A stretch of 57,608 nt of DNA from an uncultured Candidatus Saccharibacteria bacterium. GTDB taxonomy: Bacteria > Patescibacteriota > Minisyncoccia > Phycocordibacterales > UBA10002. Every line of letters begins with the position of its first letter. The first letter of the stretch is position 1. Below the pieces are notes generated by a model. The model was not told the DNA's origin, searched no databases, and saw only the letters and a program-made list of their open reading frames with translations. Shown one piece after another: positions 7,603 through 15,843 of the stretch. The translations under genes were made by a program, and so were the position numbers. Where the stretch lies: assembly GCA_964373775.1 (NCBI GenBank), contig CAYJWA010000001.1, forward strand, positions 1 through 57,608. Reading direction: 5' to 3'.

Positions 7603-9384
7603 ATGCTATCCATAATCCGCTCACATGCGCTGGCCATAGCCACCGCGTTTCTCATCGGTCTCATCTACGGCCTCCCCCACCTTTTCTTTATCGTGTTCTT
7701 GGACGGTGCGTATCGGGATATCCCGATGTTACGGACACCAAATGAGGGTTCGTACCTAGGAAGAGTTCAGGACATCATTGACGGCCATGGAGCGCTCGGG
7801 TCTCCTTTCTTTTTTGAGTATAAGAATCAGCCGCCGCTTTCTCCGCCGACCGGGGAATGGTTCTATGCGTTACCTGCTTTGGTGTTTGGAATTTCTCCCG
7901 CCACGGTGCTTGTGATAAGCAAATTCATACTGCCTTCCGTTCTGTTTCTTCTCATCTACGCGCTTATGTTACGGCTTACGGGAAGTGGAGGAATGTCGCA
8001 AAAAATAAACGCGATTGCCTGCGGCTTGCTCATCGTTCTCGGCTACGACCTCATAGATTACCGCACCGTCCTTGCTTATTTTCAGGAGACCGATTCGCCG
8101 GTGTCTTTTTTATTGTGGGCGAAGCCAGTTAACCCGACTCTTGGCGCACTTTTCTTAATCCCTTTTTTGACTCTGGTTTTGGCGCTTATACAGAGGACGA
8201 AACGCCACATAAGCGCGTGTATAGGGGCTTCACTGCTCCTCGCCCTCATGTTCAGCAGTTATTTTTTTAGCTGGGGCATCGCTGTCTCCGTGCTCGCCGC
8301 GCTTATTGTACTCTTTCTCTTTCAGAAAGAATACAAAATTGCCTGTACGCTTGCGTTTGTCGTGCCCCTTGGTGTTTTATTTTCCTCGCCCTATTGGATA
8401 GGCGTGTGGCGCGCCTCGCAGAGTCCGTGGTACGAAGAATCAGTTCTGCGGAACGGACTTTTTCTGACGCACTACCCGATTCTCAATAAGCTCCTCCTCG
8501 CGGCGCTTGTGTTCTATCTGCTCACATTGGCCGCGGATTTCTTCTGGAAAAAGAAGAACCATGTCGCGTATCGCTTTGAGGCATGGCACTCCTTTACGCT
8601 CGCGCTTCTCCTCGGGGGTTTATGGGCATATAGCCAGCAAATGATTACCGGTCGGACTATCTGGCCGTATCATTTCGTGCAATACACCATCCCGCTCGCG
8701 ATGGTCGCGGGTTTTGCGCTCCTCTACCACATCATCCGAGGATGGAATCGCTATCTGTGGGCGGGAGTGGTAGCGCTCGCTTCCCTCTCCTCGCTCTGGT
8801 TCGGCGTATACACGCAGATGAAAGTGTACACGTCCGCTCGTTCCGAATCCGCGAAGCTTCAAGACCGCGCGCCTCTATTCGAGTGGTTGAACACGCGAGA
8901 AAAGGACTGCGTCGTCTTCGTGAATGAAGACAGTCCAGACATGTCAGCGTTAAATACGCTCATCCCGGCATTTACTCATTGCAATCGTTACGCATCCACC
9001 GAATTTTACGCTCTTATACCGTACGAGAGAGGGCTTTATAGTTATCTCGCGCTACTACGTCTTAAAGGCGTATCCGCTGATGCCATTGACGAATATATGC
9101 TCGCGCATGGGCGCGATGCCGCCCCGTATCTTTATTCCAATTGGAAAGGGTTATTCGGTGTCAAAGACTTTCCTGATTTCTCCGACCCGCTTCTCGAGGA
9201 GCGCATAAGCGCTTTTCCCAAACAATATCGCGAGTATGCCGCTTTGGATTTTAAAACCGAACTAGAGCGATACCGAATCGATTATATTCTATCGGCCGGG
9301 CCGCTTGATACAAAAGTTGCCGCGCAGCTTCCGCACATAGCAAAGGTATTCGAAAACAAAGGCCTCGTGCTCTATGAGTTCTAG
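7603..9384 (+). CDS. large polytopic membrane protein, putative GT-C-fold glycosyltransferase (divergent paralog of 21063 and 28757)
   Basis: More than 10 hydrophobic segments are followed by a soluble C-terminal domain. The first loop NEGSYLGRVQDIIDGHG aligns with DEFHYL.KG.E.LDGNG of the paralogs. The ATG at 7603 (MLSIIRSHAL) was chosen because the longer ORF overlaps the divergent gene. Confidence 0.5.
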   Translation: MLSIIRSHALAIATAFLIGLIYGLPHLFFIVFLDGAYRDIPMLRTPNEGSYLGRVQDIIDGHGALGSPFFFEYKNQPPLSPPTGEWFYALPALVFGISPATVLVISKFILPSVLFLLIYALMLRLTGSGGMSQKINAIACGLLIVLGYDLIDYRTVLAYFQETDSPVSFLLWAKPVNPTLGALFLIPFLTLVLALIQRTKRHISACIGASLLLALMFSSYFFSWGIAVSVLAALIVLFLFQKEYKIACTLAFVVPLGVLFSSPYWIGVWRASQSPWYEESVLRNGLFLTHYPILNKLLLAALVFYLLTLAADFFWKKKNHVAYRFEAWHSFTLALLLGGLWAYSQQMITGRTIWPYHFVQYTIPLAMVAGFALLYHIIRGWNRYLWAGVVALASLSSLWFGVYTQMKVYTSARSESAKLQDRAPLFEWLNTREKDCVVFVNEDSPDMSALNTLIPAFTHCNRYASTEFYALIPYERGLYSYLALLRLKGVSADAIDEYMLAHGRDAAPYLYSNWKGLFGVKDFPDFSDPLLEERISAFPKQYREYAALDFKTELERYRIDYILSAGPLDTKVAAQLPHIAKVFENKGLVLYEF

Positions 9385-9425
9385 CTCGCAAACAACTTCT
9401 GGTGAGAGCGGTAGGTTTTAGATGT

Positions 9426-10640
9426 ATGGCCTGTTTCATCTGTGGTGGGGGAAGACCTCGTAAGTTCCTGGACCTTGGGTCCCAACCTCCGAGCGACGCG
9501 TTTTTGCGAAAGAAGGATTTGACGAAGCCGGAAGCGAAGTATCCGCTCGCGTTGTATTCCTGTGAGAAGTGCGGTCTCGTCCAACTCGGCTATGTGGTAG
9601 ATCCGAAGGTGTTGTTTACCGAGTATGTCTACACTACCGGCATGAATAACAGCCTACGGAAAAATTTCAAAGAATTGGTCGAAAAACTCGTCTCCCGCTT
9701 CGCGCTCGGTGCGAACGACCTTGCGGTCGACATCGGTTCAAATGACGGGACATTGCTCACCAATTACGCGCCATACGGAGTGAAGATTCTTGGTATTGAC
9801 CCATCCAGCGCAGGCAAGATTGCGCAGGAGAGCGGAATTCCCACACTGACTGAATTTTTCAACGAGAAAACCGCAAAGGAAGCAGCAAAAACACACGGGC
9901 AGGCAAGAGTGATTACCGCGACCAATGTTTTCGCGCATGTGGATAATCTTGATTCATTCATGCGTGGCCTTCAAGCTGTTCTTGCTAAAGACGGCGTGTT
10001 CGTCTCCGAATCGGGCTACCTTCTCGATATGGTAGAAACTCTCGGATACGACGCGATTTACCACGAGCATCTTCGGTACTATTCGCTTCGACCACTTGCG
10101 GCGCTGTTCAAGAGATTCGGTATGGAGATAATCGATGTGGAGCGGATACCGAGTCATAACGGCTCGATCAGAGTCTACGCGGCGTTTAAGGGAGCATACA
10201 AAAGAGCGGCATCGGTAAGCAAACTTTTGGCGCTTGAAGAGAGCAAAGCCCTGCATAGGAAAGAAACCTTCGTTCAATTTGCAAAGCGCGTTCATGAACA
10301 CCGCGACTCGTTAGTCGCGCTTCTTACCGGCGCGAAAAAATCCGGGCAACGCATTGTCGGCATAGGGGCTCCGGCAAAGGGGAACACACTCCTTAATTTT
10401 TGCGGATTTAGCAGCGAACAAGTAGAGTATTTGGTAGAAAAAAGCAACCTCAAGATCGGGCTTTTCGCGCCCGGGTCGCGTATTCCCGTCGTTGCAGAGG
10501 ATAAGCTGTTTGAAGACCAGCCGGATTATGCACTTTTGCTGTCTTGGAATCTTGCTCGTGAACTCATTCCAAAACTTAAGCAAAAAGGATTTAAAGGAAA
10601 GTTTATTATTCCGTTTCCGGAACTAAGAATTTTGGGTTAG
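9426..10640 (+). CDS. NDP-sugar C-methyltransferase (TylCIII-like, Zn-ribbon plus class I SAM methyltransferase plus C-terminal domain)
   Basis: CFICGG...LDLGSQPPSD...CEKCGLVQLG forms the zinc ribbon, followed by AVDIGSNDGTLL. It is a paralog of 23688..24875. Confidence 0.6.
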   Translation: MACFICGGGRPRKFLDLGSQPPSDAFLRKKDLTKPEAKYPLALYSCEKCGLVQLGYVVDPKVLFTEYVYTTGMNNSLRKNFKELVEKLVSRFALGANDLAVDIGSNDGTLLTNYAPYGVKILGIDPSSAGKIAQESGIPTLTEFFNEKTAKEAAKTHGQARVITATNVFAHVDNLDSFMRGLQAVLAKDGVFVSESGYLLDMVETLGYDAIYHEHLRYYSLRPLAALFKRFGMEIIDVERIPSHNGSIRVYAAFKGAYKRAASVSKLLALEESKALHRKETFVQFAKRVHEHRDSLVALLTGAKKSGQRIVGIGAPAKGNTLLNFCGFSSEQVEYLVEKSNLKIGLFAPGSRIPVVAEDKLFEDQPDYALLLSWNLARELIPKLKQKGFKGKFIIPFPELRILG

Positions 10641-10742
10641 GGTTAAGAAACCCGTTTGGTCTAAAGGTTAGGGTTAGGAATGACATAACCCATGAATCTA
10701 ACCCATTCTGATATCCTAACCTTTAACCTAACTTCTCTTACT
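10641..10742. repeat. imperfect inverted-repeat intergenic element built from GGTTAG/CCTAAC words (copy D)
   Basis: ctaaaggttagggttagga (10661..10679) pairs with tcctaacctttaacctaac (10714..10732). There is an internal direct repeat taaccca x2. Confidence 0.6.
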
Positions 10743-11567
10743 ATGAATCTTCCTTTACTTGGCATGGGGACTTGGGGCATGGGAGGTAAGTTCGAAAAAG
10801 ACCCCTCCAACTTTGACGAATCGGTTGAGGCGCTCCGGTTCGGATTTGCGCTCGGCATTTTTCTGGTGGATGTAGCAGAGCTTCACGGTGGGGGACTTAC
10901 CGAGAAAATAGTCGGCGAGGCCATTAAGGGCTACCCGAGAGAAAAGATTCAAATCATTTCCAAAGTTTCCCGTGACCATTTGAAATATGATGAGGTGCTC
11001 AAAGCCGCCGAGGGAAGCCTAAAACGCCTCAATACGGACTACATTGACCTCTATATGATTCATAAACTTCCTTTGGGGGTATCGGAGCCGGCTGCTCTAA
11101 CATTATCGGCTCTCGAGCGGTTATTTAAGGACGGCCTTGTTCGACATATCGGAGTGAGCAATTTTAGCAAAGTCCAGATCGAAACAGCGCAAGACCACCT
11201 TACCGAAGCGAGAATTGAAGCGAATGAAATAGAATACAATCTTCTGTTTCAAGAGGCGGGAGATGAAGTCGCACCGTTTTGCAAAAAGAACGGTATCAAG
11301 ATAATCGCGCATCGTCCTTTAGCGAAGGGTATGCTTACTTCAGGCAAGTCGAAAATACTGGATAGGTTGTCGCGCAAATACAACAAGACTCCAGCCCAGA
11401 TTGCGCTGAATTTTATTATGTCGCAGGATATGACGGCGATACCAAAAGCAAGCAACAAGGAACATATCAAGGAAAATATCGGTGCGCTCGGCTGGAAACT
11501 CTCTGAAGAGGATATCACACTACTTCAAACGCTCGACGGATCATTACCTTATGAACAAATTAAGTAA
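10743..11567 (+). CDS. aldo/keto reductase
   Basis: [16 protein letters not shown] and HIGVSNF are AKR signatures. The start was set at the ATG at 10743, downstream of the repeat. Confidence 0.7.
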   Translation: MNLPLLGMGTWGMGGKFEKDPSNFDESVEALRFGFALGIFLVDVAELHGGGLTEKIVGEAIKGYPREKIQIISKVSRDHLKYDEVLKAAEGSLKRLNTDYIDLYMIHKLPLGVSEPAALTLSALERLFKDGLVRHIGVSNFSKVQIETAQDHLTEARIEANEIEYNLLFQEAGDEVAPFCKKNGIKIIAHRPLAKGMLTSGKSKILDRLSRKYNKTPAQIALNFIMSQDMTAIPKASNKEHIKENIGALGWKLSEEDITLLQTLDGSLPYEQIK

Positions 11568-12642
11568 AGGCAAAAAACAGAAAAAGGCGATTATAAGCGG
11601 CATTACCGGCCAAGACGGTTCGTACCTTGCCGAGCTTTTACTTCTAAAAGGGTATGAAGTTTACGGACTTCAGCGCCGCGCGTCTCTTCCGAATACCGGA
11701 CGCATTGACCATCTCTACGGCAAAAAGGGTTTCAATATGACCTACGCCGATCTCTCGGATAGTTCAAATCTGCTTCGCGTGATCAAGAAAATCGAGCCGG
11801 ATGAGTTCTACAATCTCGGGGCGCAGAGTCACGTTTCGGTGAGCTTTGATGTGCCTGAATTTACAGTGAACACAAATGCGCTAGGACCTCTTCGTATTCT
11901 TGAGACGATACGAAACCTAGGACTTCCAATAAAGTACTATCAGGCAAGTTCGTCGGAGATGTTCGGAAAGGTGCTCGAGATACCCCAAAGAGTGACGACT
12001 CCGTTCAACCCTCAATCACCCTACGGCCTCTCAAAAGTATTCGCGTATCACATCACCAAGATTTACCGCACCGGCTACGGCATTTTTGCTTCAAACGGCA
12101 TTCTCTTCAATCATGAATCTCCGCGTCGAGGACTTACCTTTGTTACGAGAAAGATTACCGTCGGCCTATCGCGCATTTCACTCGGGCTCCAAAAAACACT
12201 CCGGCTCGGGAACCTCGACGCTAAACGTGATTGGGGATATTCTAAGGATTACGTCGAAGCCATCTGGAAGATTCTGCAACACAAAGAAGCGGATGATTTT
12301 CTCATCGCGACCGGAGAAACCCATTCGGTACGCGAATTTGTCGAGGAGGCGGGGAAGCATCTTAACATGGATATCGTCTGGAAAGGTAAGGGTCTTGACG
12401 AGAAGGGGATTGACCGAAAGACGGGAAGGATCGTCGTGGAGGTTGACCCAATTCACTTCAGGCCCAACGAAGTTGAGTTTCTGCAAGGGGACGCATCGAA
12501 AGCGCAGAACCTCCTCGGCTGGAAGCCCAAAACAACCTTTGCCGCGCTGGCGAAGCTTATGGTGGAGCAGGACATTGTGTACGTGAGGCGTGAGCAGGCA
12601 ATCGGGCATCCGGTCGTGACGCAGAGGAAGTTCCAAGTGTAA
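11551..12642 (+). CDS. gmd: GDP-mannose (or GDP-heptose) 4,6-dehydratase
   Basis: [58 protein letters not shown] and [12 protein letters not shown] are all Gmd hallmarks. Confidence 0.85.
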   Translation: MNKLSKGKKQKKAIISGITGQDGSYLAELLLLKGYEVYGLQRRASLPNTGRIDHLYGKKGFNMTYADLSDSSNLLRVIKKIEPDEFYNLGAQSHVSVSFDVPEFTVNTNALGPLRILETIRNLGLPIKYYQASSSEMFGKVLEIPQRVTTPFNPQSPYGLSKVFAYHITKIYRTGYGIFASNGILFNHESPRRGLTFVTRKITVGLSRISLGLQKTLRLGNLDAKRDWGYSKDYVEAIWKILQHKEADDFLIATGETHSVREFVEEAGKHLNMDIVWKGKGLDEKGIDRKTGRIVVEVDPIHFRPNEVEFLQGDASKAQNLLGWKPKTTFAALAKLMVEQDIVYVRREQAIGHPVVTQRKFQV

Positions 12643-12817
12643 AAAGAAAAATCCCAAATCACAAGCACCAAATTACAAACAATATCCAATTCCGAAATTC
12701 CAATTGCCGAAATTGATTCTGGGTTCTGAATTTGAAAGTTCGAATTTGTTTGTGGTTTGTCTGGCTTTGCCAGATCTCGCAAAGCGAGAGAATTTGTAAT
12801 TTGTGATTTAATTTTCT
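12643..12817. repeat. AT-rich imperfect inverted-repeat intergenic element (copy B), inverted relative to copy A
   Basis: The 36-mer at 12648..12683 and the 16-mer at 12739..12754 match copy A in reverse complement. It contains two GC mini-hairpins: ctggc-ttt-gccag (12761..12773) and tctcgc-aaa-gcgaga (12775..12789). Confidence 0.8.
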
Positions 12818-13207
12818 ATGGACAAGATATTTTTAGGCAAAAAACTTGTTGCGATTCGTGTTAGAAAGTTCCCTAACGGAACGAATCCAGTGTCGTCTCC
12901 TAACGGCGCCCTCCAGCTCCTTACCATGAAACGTCCAAAAGGGCATATCGTCAAAGGACATCTGCATGTTCCTAAAACGCGCGTGACGAGGGTGCTTCAA
13001 GAGTGCCTCATCGTCATTAAAGGAAAAATACGGTACGACCTTTTCGATAAGAAAGGGAAATGCCTTAAGAAAGTGTTGGTAAAGGCGGGGGAGGCAATGC
13101 TTATTTTAGACGCTCCCCACTCCGTTCATTTTCTTGAAGACACAGTTGCCTATGAGCTCAAAAACGGTCCGTTTATAGACGACAAAGAATTTCTTAAAAT
13201 CAGTTAA
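12818..13207 (+). CDS. small cupin-fold protein (WbuC/RmlC-like, function uncertain)
   Basis: 129 aa with a beta-rich pattern (GHLHVP...LIVIKGKIRYDLFD...APHSVHFLEDTVAYELKNGPF). It lies directly downstream of gmd. Confidence 0.4.
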   Translation: MDKIFLGKKLVAIRVRKFPNGTNPVSSPNGALQLLTMKRPKGHIVKGHLHVPKTRVTRVLQECLIVIKGKIRYDLFDKKGKCLKKVLVKAGEAMLILDAPHSVHFLEDTVAYELKNGPFIDDKEFLKIS

Positions 13208-13282
13208 AGCTGTGTCTTAGGGCGTTCTGCTCAAGCTACGTAAATACGATCGTGGTTATATGGCAGGTACCACACAAAGTCC

Positions 13283-13311
13283 TTGACTCGTTTATATATC
13301 TGTGCTAATGT
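13283..13311 (+). promoter_or_regulatory. sigma70-like promoter TTGACT-17-TAATGT with a TGn extension
   Basis: TTGACT at 13283..13288, a 17-nt spacer ending in tgc, and TAATGT at 13306..13311. Confidence 0.5.
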
Positions 13312-13334
13312 TCCTTTCAAACAAAGAAAGGAAC
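13310..13334 (+). promoter_or_regulatory. perfect 9-bp hairpin in the 5' leader covering the only purine-rich SD-like stretch
   Basis: gttcctttc-aaacaaa-gaaaggaac. The 3' arm GAAAGGAAC ends 7 nt before the ATG at 13342. Confidence 0.4.
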
Positions 13335-13341
13335 ATTGACA

Positions 13342-14016
13342 ATGAACTCATGTTTGTGGAAATCCTTCCCACAGTTAGTACAGGCGGTGAAAGCGGACCA
13401 TGTTGCCCACGGAGCCGTGGGCGGCGGGCATGACTTTTACCACGCACTTATGGTAGCGCAGTATGCCGAGCTTATTGTGCCAGATCAAGAGACGGCTACC
13501 CTCGGGTGGGTCGCCGGCATCCTTCACAACACCGATCGGATGTACCCGAAGGATGAGGTGATTCCAGTTCTGTCGAGACACCTTCAACTGGTGAATTCGA
13601 ACATTCCGTCGGGCAACATTTACATCCTTCGGGCCGTTCTGGAGCATAGCAAACGGAACGACCCAAACGACCCTCCGGTTACGATTGCGCTCAAGGATGC
13701 CGACCGGCTTGGAAACATCGGGTCGCTTCACTTCCTGCGGTGCGGGCAGTTCCGGCCGAATATTCCTGCAGTGGATCCGAGGTTCATCACTACGTCCGAT
13801 CCCAAGACCACATTCCGCCACCCGAGGTCGCTTCTAGAGAACCTCAAGCACACCCTTGAATGGGAGAGTTGGCTTCGTCTTCCGAAAGCAAAGGAACTTG
13901 GCAAGCCGATGTTTGACGAGATTCGGCGGCTCATAGGGAACATCGAAAGTCAGTTTGAAACGCTGGGTCTCCTGCCGTTTCCCGATGAACTGGTAGTTGA
14001 GCCAGTATCGGCATAG
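13342..14016 (+). CDS. HD-domain phosphohydrolase-like protein
   Basis: GGGHDFYHALMVA (H..HD), ILHNTDR and LKDADRLGNIGS. Confidence 0.5.
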   Translation: MNSCLWKSFPQLVQAVKADHVAHGAVGGGHDFYHALMVAQYAELIVPDQETATLGWVAGILHNTDRMYPKDEVIPVLSRHLQLVNSNIPSGNIYILRAVLEHSKRNDPNDPPVTIALKDADRLGNIGSLHFLRCGQFRPNIPAVDPRFITTSDPKTTFRHPRSLLENLKHTLEWESWLRLPKAKELGKPMFDEIRRLIGNIESQFETLGLLPFPDELVVEPVSA

Positions 14017-14038
14017 GGATTTCGTAGAATGTTCACGG

Positions 14039-14070
14039 GCCGGGAACGCAATTGCGTTCCCGGCTTTTTT
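14039..14070 (+). terminator. rho-independent terminator
   Basis: The stem gccgggaacgc-aatt-gcgttcccggc is followed by TTTTTT. The 25-mer acgcaattgcgttcccggctttttt recurs at 15814..15838. Confidence 0.8.
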
Positions 14071-14073
14071 GTA

Positions 14074-14304
14074 GGTAATCAGTAATCATTTCGGACTAAA
14101 CTTGAGGACTTCTGGAGTTACGCCAAGCACTGGCTGTACCAGTATTGCGGAGTGCATAAAAGTTTCTTTCATTTGTACCTTGGTGAGATTTCGTACCGCT
14201 TCAACAACCGCGAAGAAGATATTTTACCCTTACTTGAAGCCATGATGAAGAAAAACAAAAAGTCAGAAATATGAGAAATTAGTCCGAATTGTTTACTAAT
14301 TACC
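14074..14304. mobile_element. MITE-like non-autonomous element (26-bp TIRs, 8-bp TSD)
   Basis: The TIRs at 14074..14099 and 14279..14304 match at 23/26. They are flanked by direct repeats TTTTTGTA at 14066..14073 and 14305..14312. No transposase ORF lies inside. Confidence 0.7.
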
Positions 14305-14321
14305 TTTTTGTAAGGTATAAT
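14293..14321 (+). promoter_or_regulatory. sigma70-like promoter TTACTA-17-TATAAT, with the -35 box contributed by the MITE right TIR
   Basis: TTACTA at 14293..14298, a 17-nt spacer, and TATAAT at 14316..14321, which ends 9 nt before the ATG at 14331. Confidence 0.45.
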
Positions 14322-14330
14322 GCACACACG

Positions 14331-14693
14331 ATGATTTTGTCATCTCTGTCCCTGTGTGGCGTTGGCTTGCTTTTTATCTACTCCCACCTCATTGATAAAC
14401 GGTTGCCGTACACACGCGCCTATTGGCACTTTGAAATGTGTCATTTTCTGGCGGGATTCTTTATTGCTGCCGCAGTTGCGGGAATTTTTGAGAGCAGGTG
14501 GGTTGTGTTTGGAACTACACTAGCCGTTGGTCTTGTGTGGGAGGTATGGGAATTTATGTTGGAACGCCGCCTTCTTTCGCGGTTATTTTCCCGACTTGGC
14601 TGGAGACACGGGCCATGGACACTACCTGATACTATTTTGGATTTGATACTTGACGTGGCAGGTGCGGGCGCATTTCTGACGTTACTTCTCTGA
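14331..14693 (+). CDS. small integral membrane protein (unknown function)
   Basis: About 4 hydrophobic segments (MILSSLSLCGVGLLFIY..., FLAGFFIAAAVAGIF, VFGTTLAVGLVWEVW, ILDVAGAGAFLTLLL). The ATG at 14331 is preferred over the TTG at 14289. Confidence 0.45.
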   Translation: MILSSLSLCGVGLLFIYSHLIDKRLPYTRAYWHFEMCHFLAGFFIAAAVAGIFESRWVVFGTTLAVGLVWEVWEFMLERRLLSRLFSRLGWRHGPWTLPDTILDLILDVAGAGAFLTLLL

Positions 14694-14737
14694 GTGTCAA
14701 AGAGAGCTGAAAGGAAAAGAATATTCCTACAACAAAA

Positions 14738-14766
14738 GGCCGCTCTCTACGGAGTAGAGAGCGGCC
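14738..14766 (-). terminator. 13-bp hairpin with a T-tract on the minus strand, between convergent ORFs
   Basis: ggccgctctctac-gga-gtagagagcggcc. On the minus strand it is followed by TTTTGTTG. Confidence 0.55.
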
Positions 14767-14779
14767 GAGATTCATGGAA

Positions 14780-14962
14780 TTATTTCGCCTTGCGTCTCTG
14801 GCCCCATCGTTGCTTGATCTCCGTCCAAAGAGCATGAGCCATCATAGAAACCAGAACAACTTCGTACACGATGTCAACAGCGAAATAAATCCCTATCACG
14901 CAAGACACCACCACTTTCCGAGTCATCACAAAGACTCGTTCATTTGAGGAATATTCTAACAT
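14780..14962 (-). CDS. possible small hydrophobic protein (48-60 aa)
   Basis: The ORF is followed directly by the hairpin/T-tract at 14738..14766. It has one TM-like segment (VVVSCVIGIYFAVDIVYEVVLVSMM) and a basic tail (KQRWGQRRKAK). There is no SD. Confidence 0.3.
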   Translation of the reverse strand: MLEYSSNERVFVMTRKVVVSCVIGIYFAVDIVYEVVLVSMMAHALWTEIKQRWGQRRKAK

Positions 14963-14983
14963 CTGATGGCCGGTTGGTCAATG

Positions 14984-15013
14984 TTGACACGTGTAGATTA
15001 TCCATGCTACTAT
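14984..15013 (+). promoter_or_regulatory. sigma70-like promoter TTGACA-18-TACTAT
   Basis: TTGACA at 14984..14989 and TACTAT at 15008..15013. This would give a leader of about 125 nt before the GTG at 15146. Confidence 0.45.
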
Positions 15014-15145
15014 ACTTCACGCTGTTCTTTGATTTGAAACGGCTTTAGCCGCTCTTACCATAAGAGGGCTCTTCCTAAAATAAATCCAGGGTTCGGGCTG
15101 AAAACCTGAAATCTGCTAAAAAAATTCTGAAAAGAAAGGATCCTT

Positions 15146-15778
15146 GTGATTCGGAAAATTCTGCGTTGTCTTCTCACTTGGCGGATTCGGTACTCAGGAT
15201 GGGAAGAGTTTCAAAAGCGTGTTGATAAAGCTTTCGGGCAGAATCAGGCGGTCATCGTGGTTACTCACGACATCGGCATGTCCAAGGGCAATAAGCCGGG
15301 ATGCGGGAACACGCTTATGGCATGGGCATTGAAACGGGTAGCAGACAGATACCCGACCGTACCGATACTCGCCCAGCTTGGCGTCGCCCTTGCGGCAAAG
15401 GAGATCGGAGTTCCTGTAACTAAAACCATTGGGCCTCCGAAGACGGATACACCGCTTAACCGCTCGGGGGCCGATTATAATTCCCTGACGGTCATTCGTG
15501 ATCAGAAACGCTGGTGTCAGGAGAATGAGCAGTTTCCAGCACTAGCACTTACCCTCACGAACCCCATCCATATGGGACGGGTCCAGTGGATCATGGAGCG
15601 GGAAGGGTTTGAGGTTCTACCGATTCCGCTCCTCTCCTCCCGGCAGAAGGATTACATGGACCCAGAGAGCTTGTATCTCTCGGTTCGGCTTGCGGGCAAG
15701 ACATGGTGGGGAATGATTCTCGTGTACTTGCGCGAGGTTGCCGCGCGTCTGCTGTTTCTCAAAAACGGGTGGATGTGA
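15146..15778 (+). CDS. DUF218/YdcF(ElyC)-like protein
   Basis: LTLTNPIHMGRVQWIMEREGFEV resembles the VTS.YHM.RA...F...G signature of the family. GTG start, with AAAGGA 6 nt upstream. Confidence 0.4.
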   Translation: MIRKILRCLLTWRIRYSGWEEFQKRVDKAFGQNQAVIVVTHDIGMSKGNKPGCGNTLMAWALKRVADRYPTVPILAQLGVALAAKEIGVPVTKTIGPPKTDTPLNRSGADYNSLTVIRDQKRWCQENEQFPALALTLTNPIHMGRVQWIMEREGFEVLPIPLLSSRQKDYMDPESLYLSVRLAGKTWWGMILVYLREVAARLLFLKNGWM

Positions 15779-15802
15779 TTTTCGAGAGGAGTTTCTACAG
15801 GT

Positions 15803-15838
15803 CGGGAATGCGCACGCAATTGCGTTCCCGGCTTTTTT
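15803..15838 (+). terminator. rho-independent terminator, degenerate duplicate of the 14039 terminator
   Basis: cgggaa(tgcgc)acgcaattgcgttcccg followed by gcTTTTTT. It lies 25 nt after the stop at 15778. Confidence 0.7.
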
Positions 15839-15843
15839 ATTAC

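Noticed and set aside
10641-10742. Integron attC sites as an explanation for the imperfect intergenic palindromes after ORFs (ACCTAAC resembles RYYYAAC, and GTTAGG words are present)
   Set aside because: There is no integrase or attI in the window. The word order relative to the ORFs is opposite to canonical attC. Each gap uses a different vocabulary, and copies A and B are the same element in both orientations.
12086-12657. 166-aa (+) and 159-aa (-) ORFs inside gmd
   Set aside because: They are alternative frames of a gene with unambiguous Gmd motifs.
14100-14278. Short ORFs inside the MITE (for example a 28-aa MKETFMHSAILVQPVLGVTPEVLKFSPK on the minus strand), considered as a transposase remnant
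   Set aside because: They are too short, are interrupted by stops upstream, and have no recognisable motif.
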